From Coniocarpon cinnabarinum (Eukaryota): a DNA stretch of 48,167 nt. The stretch is from NCBI GenBank assembly GCA_051942205.1, contig JAVECO010000069.1, positions 62,001-110,167 on the forward strand. The letters are read 5' to 3'. The position numbers and the translations under genes were made by a program. Below the pieces are notes generated by a model that saw nothing but the letters and a program-made list of their open reading frames with translations, was not told the DNA's origin and made no database searches. Each line of letters begins with the position of its first letter. Positions within the stretch are counted from its first letter, which is position 1. Below are positions 1 to 12,047 of the stretch, in pieces.

Positions 1-377
1 AGAAGCCTATGAGAATGGACGTGGTGGGTGCGTGGACAGCAGTGAAGAAGTGATTAGTCACGTGATCAAAAAGACTTCTGTACTCCGGAGCTCGACCGGA
101 GATATAGTCACGTGACTGTGTCGCCAGCCCTAGGAGAATTGGGGAGAGGCGAGAAAAGTGGAAACACGCGTCCGTCGGGTGATGATTGGACGAGCAAGTC
201 CAAGTGGGATCGCCGCTACTGCATGCGAGCGCTCGCCAGCAATATCTGGAGGTGCCCTTGGATGACCTACTCGGATGGCGTCTGCTTCTGCTTCACCATT
301 GCCGATTTTACCGTCTGCTCTTGTCCTCTTCAACACTCCGGTCTGAGCACCGCCTGCTCCATCCTGCGCCCCCTCGG

Positions 378-403
378 CCTCCTCCTCCTCCTCCTCCTCC
401 TCC
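378..403. repeat. (CCT)8 microsatellite upstream of BST1
   Basis: Eight perfect CCT units plus CC, read directly from the sequence. Confidence 0.9.
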
Positions 404-634
404 ACGACCCTTGCCGTCACTCGTTCTGTCTAAGCACCCGCACATCCAACTGTCGTTACAGATCCTCGCGCATCACATCAACCCCCTTACACTTCACCAC
501 TGACCCTGGCGCATCACCTGTTCTTTTATCCCGCACCGCTTGACTAATGCTAATTCCCGCCTCCACTGCTAATCAATGACCCTCCTCAGTCACTGCTCCC
601 GCTCCGCGACGTCTGCTGGCAACCCACGCCGCAG

Positions 635-3600
635 ATGACACCAGCAGCAGCAGCACCGCCCTCAAACACCGACGGCCCTTCCCTTCCATCCCCTTCTTCA
701 CCACACAAAGCTGCGAACAACAGCAGGACCGCAAATGGAGCTTTTCCAGATCCTCGGAGGCATGCCTCTGTCCACAACACCGGTGTCAGACCCAGGAAAA
801 GCGGTGACGAATTAGGCAAACTGCCAGAAAAACAAACGTGGATCGAGCCCTTGGCCAAGCCAACACTTGCTTCAAGCAACTATGAACACAAGAATTCCAA
901 CGATGGAGACATCTCGCCTCACTCGCAACGGAGACGCGCCAAATTGCGGAGTCCATGGGCGTGTTCCACCCTCACCTGTCTTGCCTCTCTGCTCGCCGCC
1001 GTCCTCGCCACTGTGATAGCACGCTCATATCTCACTCGACAGCTTGACCCCAAAGGCGCTGCCATGTCGTACATGCGCCCAAGCTTTGTCAGATTTCCTG
1101 AATTTGACACGGAGCACACGCGTTTCGCGAGCAAGTATTCGCTCTACTTATATCGTGAGGGTGGCATAGATGAGGATCCGAGAGTAGGGCATGCACAACG
1201 AACCTCCAAGCATCATTGCTAACCAAGCCGCAGGTGAAAGGTATCCCTGCGCTTTTCATACCTGGCAACGCCGGGAGCTACAAACAAGTTCGGCCGGTTG
1301 CTGCGGGAGCGGCGGTCTACTTTCAAGAGCAGTTGTCGTCTGACGATGAGGCAATGGGACTTGGCAAACGGCCTCTGGATTTCTTCACAGTGGATTTCAA
1401 TGAAGACATTACAGCTTTTCATGGGCAAACCATGTTAGACCAAGCCGAGTACCTCAATGAAGCTGTCGCATACATTCTGGCTCTTTACCACAGCCCCAGT
1501 CGTTCCCTGCGCGATCCTGATCTGCCGGACCCGACGTCTGTAATCATCCTGGGCCATTCAATGGGAGGCATTGTTGCTCGGACTATGCTTACCATGCCGA
1601 ACTACCAGGCCAACTCTATCAACACCATCATCACGCTGGCGGCTCCCCATGCTCGTCCACCTGTATCGTTCGATGCCGACATCGTGCGTACGTATAAGAC
1701 CATCAACGACTTCTGGAGACATTCTTACTCTCAGACACGCCGTGAGCAGAACCCCTTGGCGGGCGTGGCCCTGATTTCCATTGCAGGCGGTGGCCTCGAT
1801 ACCATTGTGCCGTCTGACTATGCGACTTTGGCATCTCTGGTCCCACCTACAAATGGCTTTACGGTCTTCACATCCACAATACCTCGTGTGTGGACTGGAA
1901 TGGACCATCTGGCGATTACTTGGTGCGACCAATTACGCAAGAGCATAGCACGCGCACTTTATGACGTTATTGATGCTTCTAGGCCAAATCAAACGAGGGT
2001 GTTGCCGGACAGAATGCGTGCCTTCAAGAGGCACTTTCTAAGTGGAATGGAAGACATAGTCGAAAAGTCTCTGGAGAAGCAATCTCCAGACACGCTGCTC
2101 ACGTTGCAAGACGAGGCAGGTTCTATCATCTCACAAGGCAAGCGCTTGGTCTTGAACAACATTGGGTCAAGTAACAGAGCAGAAGCACACCTACTGCCTG
2201 TGCCTCCACAGGAATCTACCGAGAGGAGGCGCTTTACACTTCTCAGCAGCAGCGCTATTGGTCAATCCAACAGCGGAAGCAATCTAGAAGTGTTGCTTTG
2301 CAGCGTGCTTGCTCCGAAATCCGGTCGGACTAATCAAGTCTTTCGTGTCAGCTTGGACTTGTCTGGTGGAATGTCTGGATCAACTCGCCTTGCCTGCAAG
2401 GACGCTGCCGCTGACAGCATCGCCTTGCCGGCTTCTACGGAGAGCTCACAGCATCCATTTGATGAAGCACGGCCATTTTCCTACCTTGAATACGGTCTTG
2501 AAGACCTTTCAGAACATCAGTTTATCGCTGTTGTCGAGAACGCAACTCAATCAACCAACGACTGGGTGTTCGCAGAGATCAGCTCTGAGACCGATTCTTC
2601 CAACAACATGAACAAGGGCCTTCGCAATCTCATCTTGACTGGTGCAGACATCGATCTTCCTCCCAACAGACCACTCATGAACGCAATTAACATCCCCTCA
2701 CTGTATTCCAGCCTTCTAGCATACTCGCTCAAAATACGTCGGAAGTCTTGCCCCGCAGTTGAACTTTTTGCACCATTGGTGCGGCAGTACATTCCAGATC
2801 CGTATGAGTCGAAATATTTTGTCAACGTCAAAGACGCTGAGATCAGCATGCACGGTGTAGCCCCATACATGCCCCCTGCGCTGCAAGCGCCATCGTCAGC
2901 ACAAGGACTCACTCTCCAGATCTGGTCTGATCCCACTTGCAATCGCACCATGGAAGTGTCCCTTAAAGTGGATATTGTCGGCAGTATGGGAAAGCTTTGG
3001 ATGCGGTATCGCACTGTTTTTGCCGCATTTCCTCTCATTGTTGTTGCGCTCGCGCTCCGCAAGCAGTTTCAATTCTACGATGCAACAGGCGTGTTCATGA
3101 GTTTCTCGGAAAGCATGGATCAATGTCTTCGACGCTCTGTGCCAGTCCTGATGGTTGCATTGACCTTTCTCGCAGTCTCATTTTCAAGAGCCAGTCAAGC
3201 GTCTACTAAATTCTTTGGTATCCGTAATGGGCCCTCAGAGACTCCTATCGACTTCACCGTCAATGATCTGCTTCTCGGCTCACAGGATCCCTTCTTCTGG
3301 TTCCTCATCCCCCTCTTCGGGCTTATCAGCATTGGCACATGCATTGTGTTGAACTACGCCGTGTTGAGCCTCACTTTTGTGTCGTCTTTTTGTGCGTCTG
3401 CGTTGGCTCGATACTCTGTGAAAGACCAAAGGTAAATTGATTTGATCTGGACCAATCACAAATCAAGATAACTCGCTGACACTTCGCAGCAAATCAGCAA
3501 CTATATTCTCAAACGCATCACCGCAAAAGCGTATAATCACAACCACGATTCTACTCGTTCTCGCTTCTACCATTATACCCTATCAGTTCGTGTTTATGGT

Positions 3601-4170
3601 ACTTTGCATAGTCCAATTAATTACTTGCGTGCGAGCTTTGCGGTTGGCGCAAGAAACAGTAAGGCTCCTTTCCCCTGATTGCGTGAATGTTGGGTTCTAA
3701 CAAGCTTGTGCTAGCACACTGGAGACCACATGAACTTCTATAATTACACCCATTCGATTCTCATGCTCATGCTGTGGATCACGCCTATTAATGTCCCTGT
3801 GCTCGTGGTCTGGATCCGTAATTTGGCCCTACACTGGCTGACACCCTTCTCATCACATCACAACATACTGTCAATCATGCCTTTTGTTGTCCTTGTGGAG
3901 ACGCTCAGCACGGGCAAAATGGTTCCTCGCATCACTTCACGAGTGCGTCAGTTCACTCGCATTTTATTCTTCGCCCTGTCGATCTACGCGGCAGTCTACG
4001 GCGTTACCTACGCATACCTTTTACATCACATTGTCAACATCATCTGTGCATGGCTATCGGCGTTGCATGCATCAAACAGTTCCATGGCTTCATGGCCAAT
4101 TAGAAGGTTTTTGGGTGGGTCGGCAGAGAGTAAAAGTGGAGCGGCGAAGAGCGTTAAGAAGCGGCCTTAA
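635..4170 (+). CDS. BST1: GPI inositol-deacylase (PGAP1/Bst1 family); exons 635-1183, 1234-3431, 3490-3658, 3715-4170
   Basis: Motifs LFIPGNAGSYKQVR, lipase-type GHSMGG and MDHLAITWC, followed by a multi-TM C-terminus. Three GT-AG introns with CTAAC/CTGAC branch points join the ORFs in frame. The start codon is uncertain. Confidence 0.95.
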
Positions 4171-4457
4171 TGACCGTGCATAGATTTAATGATGCATATA
4201 GTAATGATTCAAAGTGATACCCATATTCATGCAAATTCATTGTGCTTTTGCTTATTGACTTGAGGTCATTACGACTAAGTTTGGCAGAAAAGTATCTATG
4301 TAGCTGAAATGGCTGCGTAGTTGCGGGTAACGATCAAGGTAATGCGTTGGCAAATTGGTGCAAATACCTACCTTGCCAAGATCTGATGCGTTCCGTTGAG
4401 TAAAGCTTTAGGACTCTGCGCCTGGCACCAAACAGATCCAACTAGCCATGGCTTGAT

Positions 4458-6643
4458 ATGCTTAGCAGGTCATGGCCGATCACGAGACGTGCTGTCTTTC
4501 ACTATCTTCTCGAGTCCTACAACAAGTGTAGACCTGCTCGATATCAGGCTTTATTTAACAACGTCGAGCGGTATCATGCCTCCACTACGAGTGCCAGTCA
4601 CGCCGCAAATAGCACCAGACATGGATTGAAGCTCCGGCCGTATCAAGAGGAATGTGTACTGGCTGTTCTTGAAGCATTCAAGGAAGGTCGACGTCAGGTG
4701 GGCGTGTCTCTGGCGACCGGTAGTGGCAAGACTGTACGTGCGCGAACCTCACATTGCTCCAGCGCACAGGGCTCACGTATTGCCAGGTCATTTTCACAGA
4801 GCTGATCGAGCGTACGGAAGCTTCACACAAAAATGCGACACAAACACTCATCCTTGTCCATCGGCGTGAGCTGGTGGAGCAAGCAGCACGGCATTGCAGC
4901 GCAAGATATCCGGAGAAGAGCGTGGAGATTGAGATGGGAAATCTAAGGGCTTCTGGTGTTGCTGACATTACAATTGCTTCTGTGCAAAGCATCAACTCAA
5001 AAGACCGTATCGACAAGTTTGACTCGAGTAGATTTAAATTGATACTGGTTGATGAGGCTCATCACATCGTGGCCTCGAGCTACTTGAGAGTCCTGGAGCA
5101 TTTCGGACTTGGCCTTGATGATGAGGACATGGATAAACCAGCACTTGTGGGAGTTTCCGCGACGTTCTCGCGGCATGATGGTCTCGCTCTCGGCAAAGCG
5201 ATCAAGCATATCGTCTATCATCGGTATGTACCTTTGCCTGTGCATACAGCCATCTCCTTGCTAACAGACAGCAGAGACTATGTAGACATGATTGAACAGA
5301 ACTGGCTGTGCAATGTCATCTTCACGACAGTGCGGCTGCCCGCCGATCTTTCGAAAGTCAAAACCTCGCCTTCAGGCGATTTTCAGACCTCATCCCTATC
5401 TGAGGCGGTTAACACACCGGAGTTCAATGAGATCACGGTCAGGTCTTGGTTAGCTCGTGCCAATGATCGCAGATCTACTCTTGTCTTCTGTGTCGACGTC
5501 CAACATTTGGTTGACTTGACGGCAACTTTTCATCGTCACGGCGTTGATGCACGTTTTGTGACCGGCATGACTCACAACTCGGATCGCTCGGAGACTGTGG
5601 AAGCATTCAAGGAGCGCAAGTTCCCCGTGCTATCGAATTGTGGTGTCTTTACTGAAGGAACAGACATTCCTAATATTGATTGTGTACTGATATGCCGACC
5701 AACTCGATCACGCAATCTGCTCGTACAGATGATTGGACGAGGCGTGAGACTTTTCAAGGGTAAGGATGACTGCCATGTACTTGACATGGTTGCATCATTG
5801 GAAGAAGGCATTGTCACGACTCCGACCTTGTTCGGCCTTGATCCCAATGAGATGGCTGATGCAGAAGACTTGACAGAATTGCGCGAACGGAAGAGAATCA
5901 AAGATGAAGAACGCCAGGCCTCGGACGCCTGTAGTGTCGACCTGAGTCATGTAAACATTGGGTTTACTGACTACGACTCTGTCGTGGATCTCATTGCTGA
6001 TACATCCAGCGAGCGCCATGTTCGTGCCATTTCGCAATTTGCGTGGGTAGCCATCACAGACACGAAGTTGGTGCTGGCGAATGGTGCCAAGGGTGATTAC
6101 ATCGTGGTAGAAGACAAACCTGTCAAAGGTTACAAGGTGCATAGCCATAAGACCGACGATGTACCGCGTTTTTTCGTGAAAGCTGTTGCATCGTCTAAAA
6201 GTCTACCACCCGGGACAACCAAAGGGAACTCTCCCTATCTGAGACCTCGACAGATCGCCGCCGCGCCAACGCTTGAATCTGCCATTCGGGCAGCTGACAC
6301 GTACGCCGCCGATCACTTCACACGCATGTTCATCGTGCTGAGGGGCGCTCAAGCACGCTGGCGCGATGCGGACGCTACACAAGCCCAAGTCGACTTCTTG
6401 AACACGTTCTGTGAGCAAGATGACGAGAGACTGCGGACAGACAGCTTGTCAAAGGGCCAGGCAAGCGATATGCTCACTAAATTGAAGCACGGGGCGAAAA
6501 CGAGCTGGAAAGTGATTTTACAAGCTAAGCAACGACGCGCAAGGGAAGTAGAGCGGCGAAGGAAACAGGTACAAAAGATACGCGACCTGGAGTCACTGGC
6601 GGTAGGACCGCTAGACGATGGCGAGATGCACATTAGCACTTGA
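4458..6643 (+). CDS. IRC3: Mitochondrial superfamily-2 DExH helicase (Irc3-like); introns 4734-4786 and 5224-5274
   Basis: Q-motif LRPYQ, Walker A ATGSGKT, DEAH, SAT, TEGTDIP and QMIGRG. The Arg-rich N-terminus resembles a mitochondrial presequence. Confidence 0.9.
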
Positions 6644-7040
6644 AAGCCAACAAAGCGAACCAGGAAAAGCCAATAAAGCCAGTCGGCCCCACTCCTCTCG
6701 CCAAAGCCTCTGCACACTTTCGTGCACACTTTTTTCTAGCTACGCGGCGATCAAAAGTCGCGAGGATACCGACGTCGGAACAATTCCATCTCAAGCTCAA
6801 GCAATGATGCATTGCATCACGTTGTCTTTTTACGGGTTCGTGTGGATTGGGAAGCTCAACGCGCTGTTCGCTTTGACAAGACTCTTGGGCTCGTGGACTT
6901 CGTGGTTGGTTGCTGCCTGAATCATTCGCCTACCGTGAGCGACTTGAGTGCCACTTCGATCCAAACGTGAAACGATAAATTGATGCCAAAACAATCGAAA
7001 GGAGAACTCACGTCTTGCGGTCCAAGAATCGCTTGCCGCC

Positions 7041-7817
7041 ATGGATGTTTGTCCCAACTGGGTCTTCTCAAGTGCATCCAATGTCCACATTGCTAAGGAG
7101 CGCGAATGTTTCATCAAGTACACACCCTTCTCTTCGACTTTGAGCTGCGAAGCCTTCATTGGCTTGGATGTCGACGGTGTTGGCACGATTGCAATCCCTG
7201 TGGAACTTCGCCAGGGCGAACATAATTTCTTCTGCCTGCGCGAAGTCTTGCACTGCCCTGCGGCTTTTTGCAACGTGCTTGGTGGCCCTCTCCTCGAAGA
7301 GCATGACTTGACAGCGTCTAACTCCCCCAGCAACAACGAAATTTGCATACGAAGCAGAGAGACAAAGCGCACAGTTGCTACCTTGCGTGAGCGTGATGGA
7401 TATTTCTCGCTGTCACTAGCTCGATGGCCGCACGGTATTTGCACGAGTGACACCGCTTTTCGTAACGTCAATTGGTACTCTGTCACCCTGCGATGGGCCG
7501 ATATGGAGCGCTGGAGATGGCTTCGTTACAAGGCGCAGCTGGACAAGCAGGCGGATAGCTCGAAGCGGGACGTATCAGCGGGAGTCAAGAATGCTAGACA
7601 AGAAGCCGTCGGCCATGCGGACAGACGCCCACACGCGCCCCGAGTGACATTTGAGGATCCATGGACAAGGAAGAGCAAGTTCCAGAGGGACACAGAACAG
7701 GCAGACATCCCAACAGCTGAGGACTTCTCACAGTTTACCGATATCAACCAAGCTATCGAGCATCTGATGGCTCCCACTCCGTCAACATCTCATGGCTCAG
7801 GAGCTGGCAACGGATAA
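7041..7817 (+). CDS. Hypothetical protein with an N-terminal Ty1/copia Pol protease-like beta-barrel domain, catalytic Asp absent
   Basis: WVFSSASNVHI...F..YTPF...VDGVGTIAIPV...LREVLHCP....NVLG follows the copia pattern W(I/L)xDSGAxxH...F..Y.P...V.G.GTV.L...L..VLHVP....NLLS. Intact 258-codon ATG-initiated ORF. Confidence 0.7.
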   Translation: MDVCPNWVFSSASNVHIAKERECFIKYTPFSSTLSCEAFIGLDVDGVGTIAIPVELRQGEHNFFCLREVLHCPAAFCNVLGGPLLEEHDLTASNSPSNNEICIRSRETKRTVATLRERDGYFSLSLARWPHGICTSDTAFRNVNWYSVTLRWADMERWRWLRYKAQLDKQADSSKRDVSAGVKNARQEAVGHADRRPHAPRVTFEDPWTRKSKFQRDTEQADIPTAEDFSQFTDINQAIEHLMAPTPSTSHGSGAGNG

Positions 7818-8114
7818 TCAAGCAAGCGGCTCTTTGTTGTTTATTTTGCTTATTCAAGGAGGTGGTGCCGAAGATGCAGGAGATCGCCATGACGCTATGG
7901 AGAGGATAGCACGCCTGGTGCAGCTTGCATGCAGTATTCATAAATGTCACGCTCTCTCTCAGGTGCCGCTGGACTCTAGTAGACCTTGCACACTCTCGCA
8001 ACCCCGCCTGACTCTGGAAATATAGGTCTTTTCGAAGGAACGAAAATAATTAATCAAGTTCTTGTGATAGAACCATCTCAGTAGCGTCATCGGAGCCGAC
8101 TCCGGAACACTTTG

Positions 8115-8134
8115 CGCGACGCGTCTCGACGCGT
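8115..8134. promoter_or_regulatory. Tandem MCB (MluI cell-cycle box) elements upstream of CTF18
   Basis: ACGCGT at 8119-8124 and 8129-8134 plus CGCG at 8115, about 80-95 nt before the ATG of an S-phase gene. Confidence 0.65.
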
Positions 8135-8211
8135 ATTCTTGACTCCTCCACTTCCGCTCTCTTCCACAGAAAATTCACAAGCTCCCTCGCCAGCTTCATA
8201 TACACGAGGCA

Positions 8212-11200
8212 ATGGCTTTCGAATCTTCGCCGATACAGTATCCAACTACTTCGTCCCCTCGACAGCAGCCGTCTCCCTGCAAGCGTAGGCGTGTCGGCCA
8301 AGAAGAGCCTCGCGAGCCTCTCAAGGATGTTGGAAGCAATGTCCACCGGCCCGAGTTGAAGGGCAAGTTCGCTGGATTCATTGATGAGGATGATAGCGAC
8401 AGTGAGAGCCCGCTGCAGCGACTTGGTCGAGAGCATCTGGCAGGTAACAGCAAGGCCATCAAAGCTACTCTAGACCTGGGCGAGGCACACTTTAAGAAGC
8501 ACTGTCAGCAAGATGAGCGCCATGACTCCGGCTGCGAAATTGTCTCGAGCCCGCCTGCATCTGAACGTGAAGAGTCGCTACCGTTGCCTCGCGCAGGCAT
8601 TGCCACGCCCAACACCACCTATCAGGCCAAGACCTGCTCTGGACGAACAATACCAATACGCCAGCGGAGGAAAGCAGAGACAGTTCACTATAGTGCAATC
8701 GTCGCTGCACGCTCTGCAATAGCTCCCGGACGCGCGCAAAAATCGTACTATGGCATTGACATCCACAATCTGGTGGAAGAAAGCAAAGCCGTCCCCGAAG
8801 GATGCGCAAAAGAAGCCGCTGCAAGTGAATGCGGCGTCGTCCAGAGCGTTGAACCTAATACACCCGCAAGGAATCTGTCAGGTCGCACACACCTTTGGAC
8901 AGAGAAGTACCGTCCACGCAAGTTCACAGACTTGATCGGCGACGAACGTACACACCGCTCAGTGTTGCGCTGGTTGAAAGGATGGGACTCCATTGTCTTT
9001 CCATCACAGAACGCGAAGCCTGCTCGATCTGCTGACAATAAGGACATCGGCGCTGAGCGAACTCATCGGAAGATTCTCCTTCTCACAGGCCCGGCGGGAC
9101 TGGGCAAGACTACGCTGGCGCATGTCTGTGCGCGTCAAGCGGGATACGAAACCCACGAGATCAACGCCTCGGATGAGCGAACCAAAGATGTTGTCAAGGG
9201 GCGTATCCGGGACATGGTTGGCACGGAGAATGTGCGTGGTGCTGACTCCGGCTCGAGCAAAAAGACGGCTTCACGACCGGTTTGTGTGGTTGTCGATGAA
9301 GTCGATGGAGTCGTGTCGGGGTCAAATGCGGGTTCTGGAGGCGACGGTGGCTTCATCAAGGCGCTTATTGATCTGCTCGTCGCCGATCAGAAGAATTCCA
9401 ATCGCAGGCCGGACGCTGCTGCCAAGAGCAAGAAGAAAGGCGATAGCTTTCGAATGCTGAGGCCTCTTATTTTGATATGCAATGATGTTTATCATCCGTC
9501 ACTGCGCTTACTTCGCCACAGTCCACATGCTGAAGTTATTCACGTGCGCAGACCCGCGCTGACGATGGTTGTTCCTCGTTTATGTGCGATCTTCGAGAAG
9601 GAAGGCGTTCCTGCTGACAGCGATGGCGTACGCACGCTGTGTGAAGCTGCGTGGGGCGTCACGTCGAAGCGGCAGGGAGGCAAAGGAAGTACGGGCGGTG
9701 GCCAAGGTGAGGGCGACATCCGATGCATCCTCGTGGCAGGCGAATGGGCAGCGGGCAAATTGCGGACCACAGCGCTCGTTGGTGTGCCTGGAACAGCACG
9801 CTTGACGAGACGATGGATTGAGTCCAACGTGGCGAGCGAGATGGCACATGGAGGGGGCATGGCGAGGAGCTTAGGTCGAGGTAGTGCACGAGACGTAGTA
9901 GAGCGGGTGTTCAAACACAATGCTGGCTTTGCAGCGTCCCTTGGACCAGTGGCGAGCAAACGCAAATTCGACGACCGCTACGGCAAAGAAGCATCCATTG
10001 GTGTTTCTGAAGCGGTCAAGCGTGGAACGATGGAAAAGCTACGGGAGATGATTGAGTCCAGTGGTGACGACGAAAAGATCTTACTCGGTATGTCCCTCTC
10101 CTCCCCACGAGTCTGACAAATGACCACCAACTGACCGTCACAGACTGCTTTCAAACTTATCCCACGCAACCTTATCAAGACACAACCACACTCACCAAAC
10201 CCGACCTGGCCTCTGACTGGCTTCACTTCTCCTCGCTCTGTTCTCATCGTCTGCACCATAACCAAGAGTGGGACCTGGCGGCCTATCAATCCTTTCCTAT
10301 CCTTGCCTTCCACAATCTCTTCGCCTCATCCAACACGACATCACCCATTACTGCAAACGACACCAATACCACTGAGCGAGAGGCTCACCCCCTCACTACA
10401 CCCCGCGCGGACTCTCACGCCCACGAGACCACCCGCGCGAATACAGCAATCCTTTCCCATCTACAGACCCAACTCTCGTTGCCTGTTCAACGATCCTTCC
10501 GCTCTCAGTCTTCGCTCATCACTGAGCTTATTCCTTATACATTGCGTATCCTGAATCCGGCTGTTAAACCCGTTCTGGTAGGTGGAGCTTCATCTGTTCG
10601 TCGAGCTGAAGAACGAGAACGTGTGGAGAGAGCGGTGGAGGTGATGGTGGCGACGGCTGTTAGGTTTGATAAGAGCCGAGTTGATCTGAGGGAGGCTGAT
10701 GCCGGTACTTCTGCTGGCAGTGGTGGCAACGGCGCTGGCAGTGTTGGAGGTGGAGCCGTGGGCAGAGACAACGGCGGCTGGATCTACCGCATGGAACCGC
10801 CCCTCGATGAAGTGGGGTGTTATCCCCTCCTCTCCTTCATCTCAAACCCATCGCAACCGAACAATTTCCAGTCCAACCAAAAGTCGAAAACAAAATCAGA
10901 TGGCTGGGACGGCGACGCTGGTAAAGCGGGTTACGGCCTTCGACAGGTTCTGAGCTCAAGTCATGAAATAGCGGTCAAGAGATCGGAAGCCGAGGCCCGA
11001 CGCCGACGCGTTGGCGGTGCCACGTCGTCGACTGATGCCGTCGTCGATGCCCATGCAAATGAACATGAGAGTGGCAATGGTACTCGCGATGGCAAAAGAA
11101 GAGATACAGAGAAGAAGGTATTAGAAGAGGCGAGGAAAAAAGCGAAGAGTGCAATCAAACGTGATTTCTTTGGGCGAGAAATCGTGGCGACCACTGTAGA

Positions 11201-11405
11201 TGGTGATGCCGTGGCGGCTGTGGACGGGAATGGCACGGGAAATCAGGGACGTAGTGGTGTGGGTGGAAAGGGAGGTGGAAATGGAAAAGCTGGAGGGAAG
11301 GTGGAAGGACGGGGTGCCCCGAGAATTTGGGCTACGTTTCATGAAGGATTTAGTAATGCGGTTAGAAAACCTATCACGATGAAGGAATTGATGGAGGGAT
11401 TGTAA
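8212..11405 (+). CDS. CTF18: Ctf18 subunit of the alternative RFC clamp loader; intron 10088-10143
   Basis: LWTEKYRP, Walker A GPAGLGKTT, EINASDER, Walker B VVVDEVDG, RPLILICND, and the C-terminal FHEGFSNAVRKPIT motif. The intron (GTATGT...CTGAC...CAG) restores the frame through DCFQTYP...DWLHF. Confidence 0.95.
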
Positions 11406-11644
11406 TGGAGGAGTTGTGAGTCTAGTACGTCACTGAGATGATTTGACCATGCCATCGTGTCAGAGAGAAAACCGGAAATCACGAGATATTTTCAGAATCT
11501 TCTGGTGTGCGTATGTGGGGATTTTCTAGTGGTCCAAATGGAGGCATTTGGTGTGGCCCCAGGGCGTTGTGGGTGGGGGGGTAGTGAATGTGCAAGACGT
11601 CACAATATTTAAGTTGGCTCAGACAGAGTGGACTAAAGTGGGGT

Positions 11645-11713
11645 GGAGAGGAAAGGAAAGGGGGAAAAGAAAAGGGAAGGGGGGAAAGGAAAAAAGAAGA
11701 GAGAAAAGGAGAG
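11645..11713. repeat. 69-nt pure polypurine tract between convergent CTF18 and RRN5
   Basis: Only A and G on the + strand over 69 nt. Confidence 0.85.
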
Positions 11714-12047
11714 CATGTGGTAAATTGATTCGACAAGCGGGTTCAACATGCTCTGTCGAGGCTCTGGTAATGCTCTGGCAATGCTTGATGAGCGAGTGAA
11801 TTAGAATGGACCTAGTCGTAAATCAGGCTCTAACGAGAGCATGGATGAAAGTAATGGTCGATTGAAATCGAGTGAACGGAGAACAGGTGGTAGAAAAGGC
11901 GTTGACGTGTTGACGTCTCTGATGGATATAGCATCATCCAGTCGAAACGCCGGAGAAGAGAAAGGGTGAGCCGTAAAGTGGGTTGCTTTGCGTGTTGCAA
12001 TGCGGTCCTAGGTGGGATTATGGGGAAGTGCCTGTAGTTTGAGTTCT

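Noticed and set aside
112..543. Overlapping ORFs with poly-Leu, poly-Pro or poly-Glu
   Set aside because: The homopolymers are simply the three readings of the (CCT)n microsatellite, and there are no homology cues.
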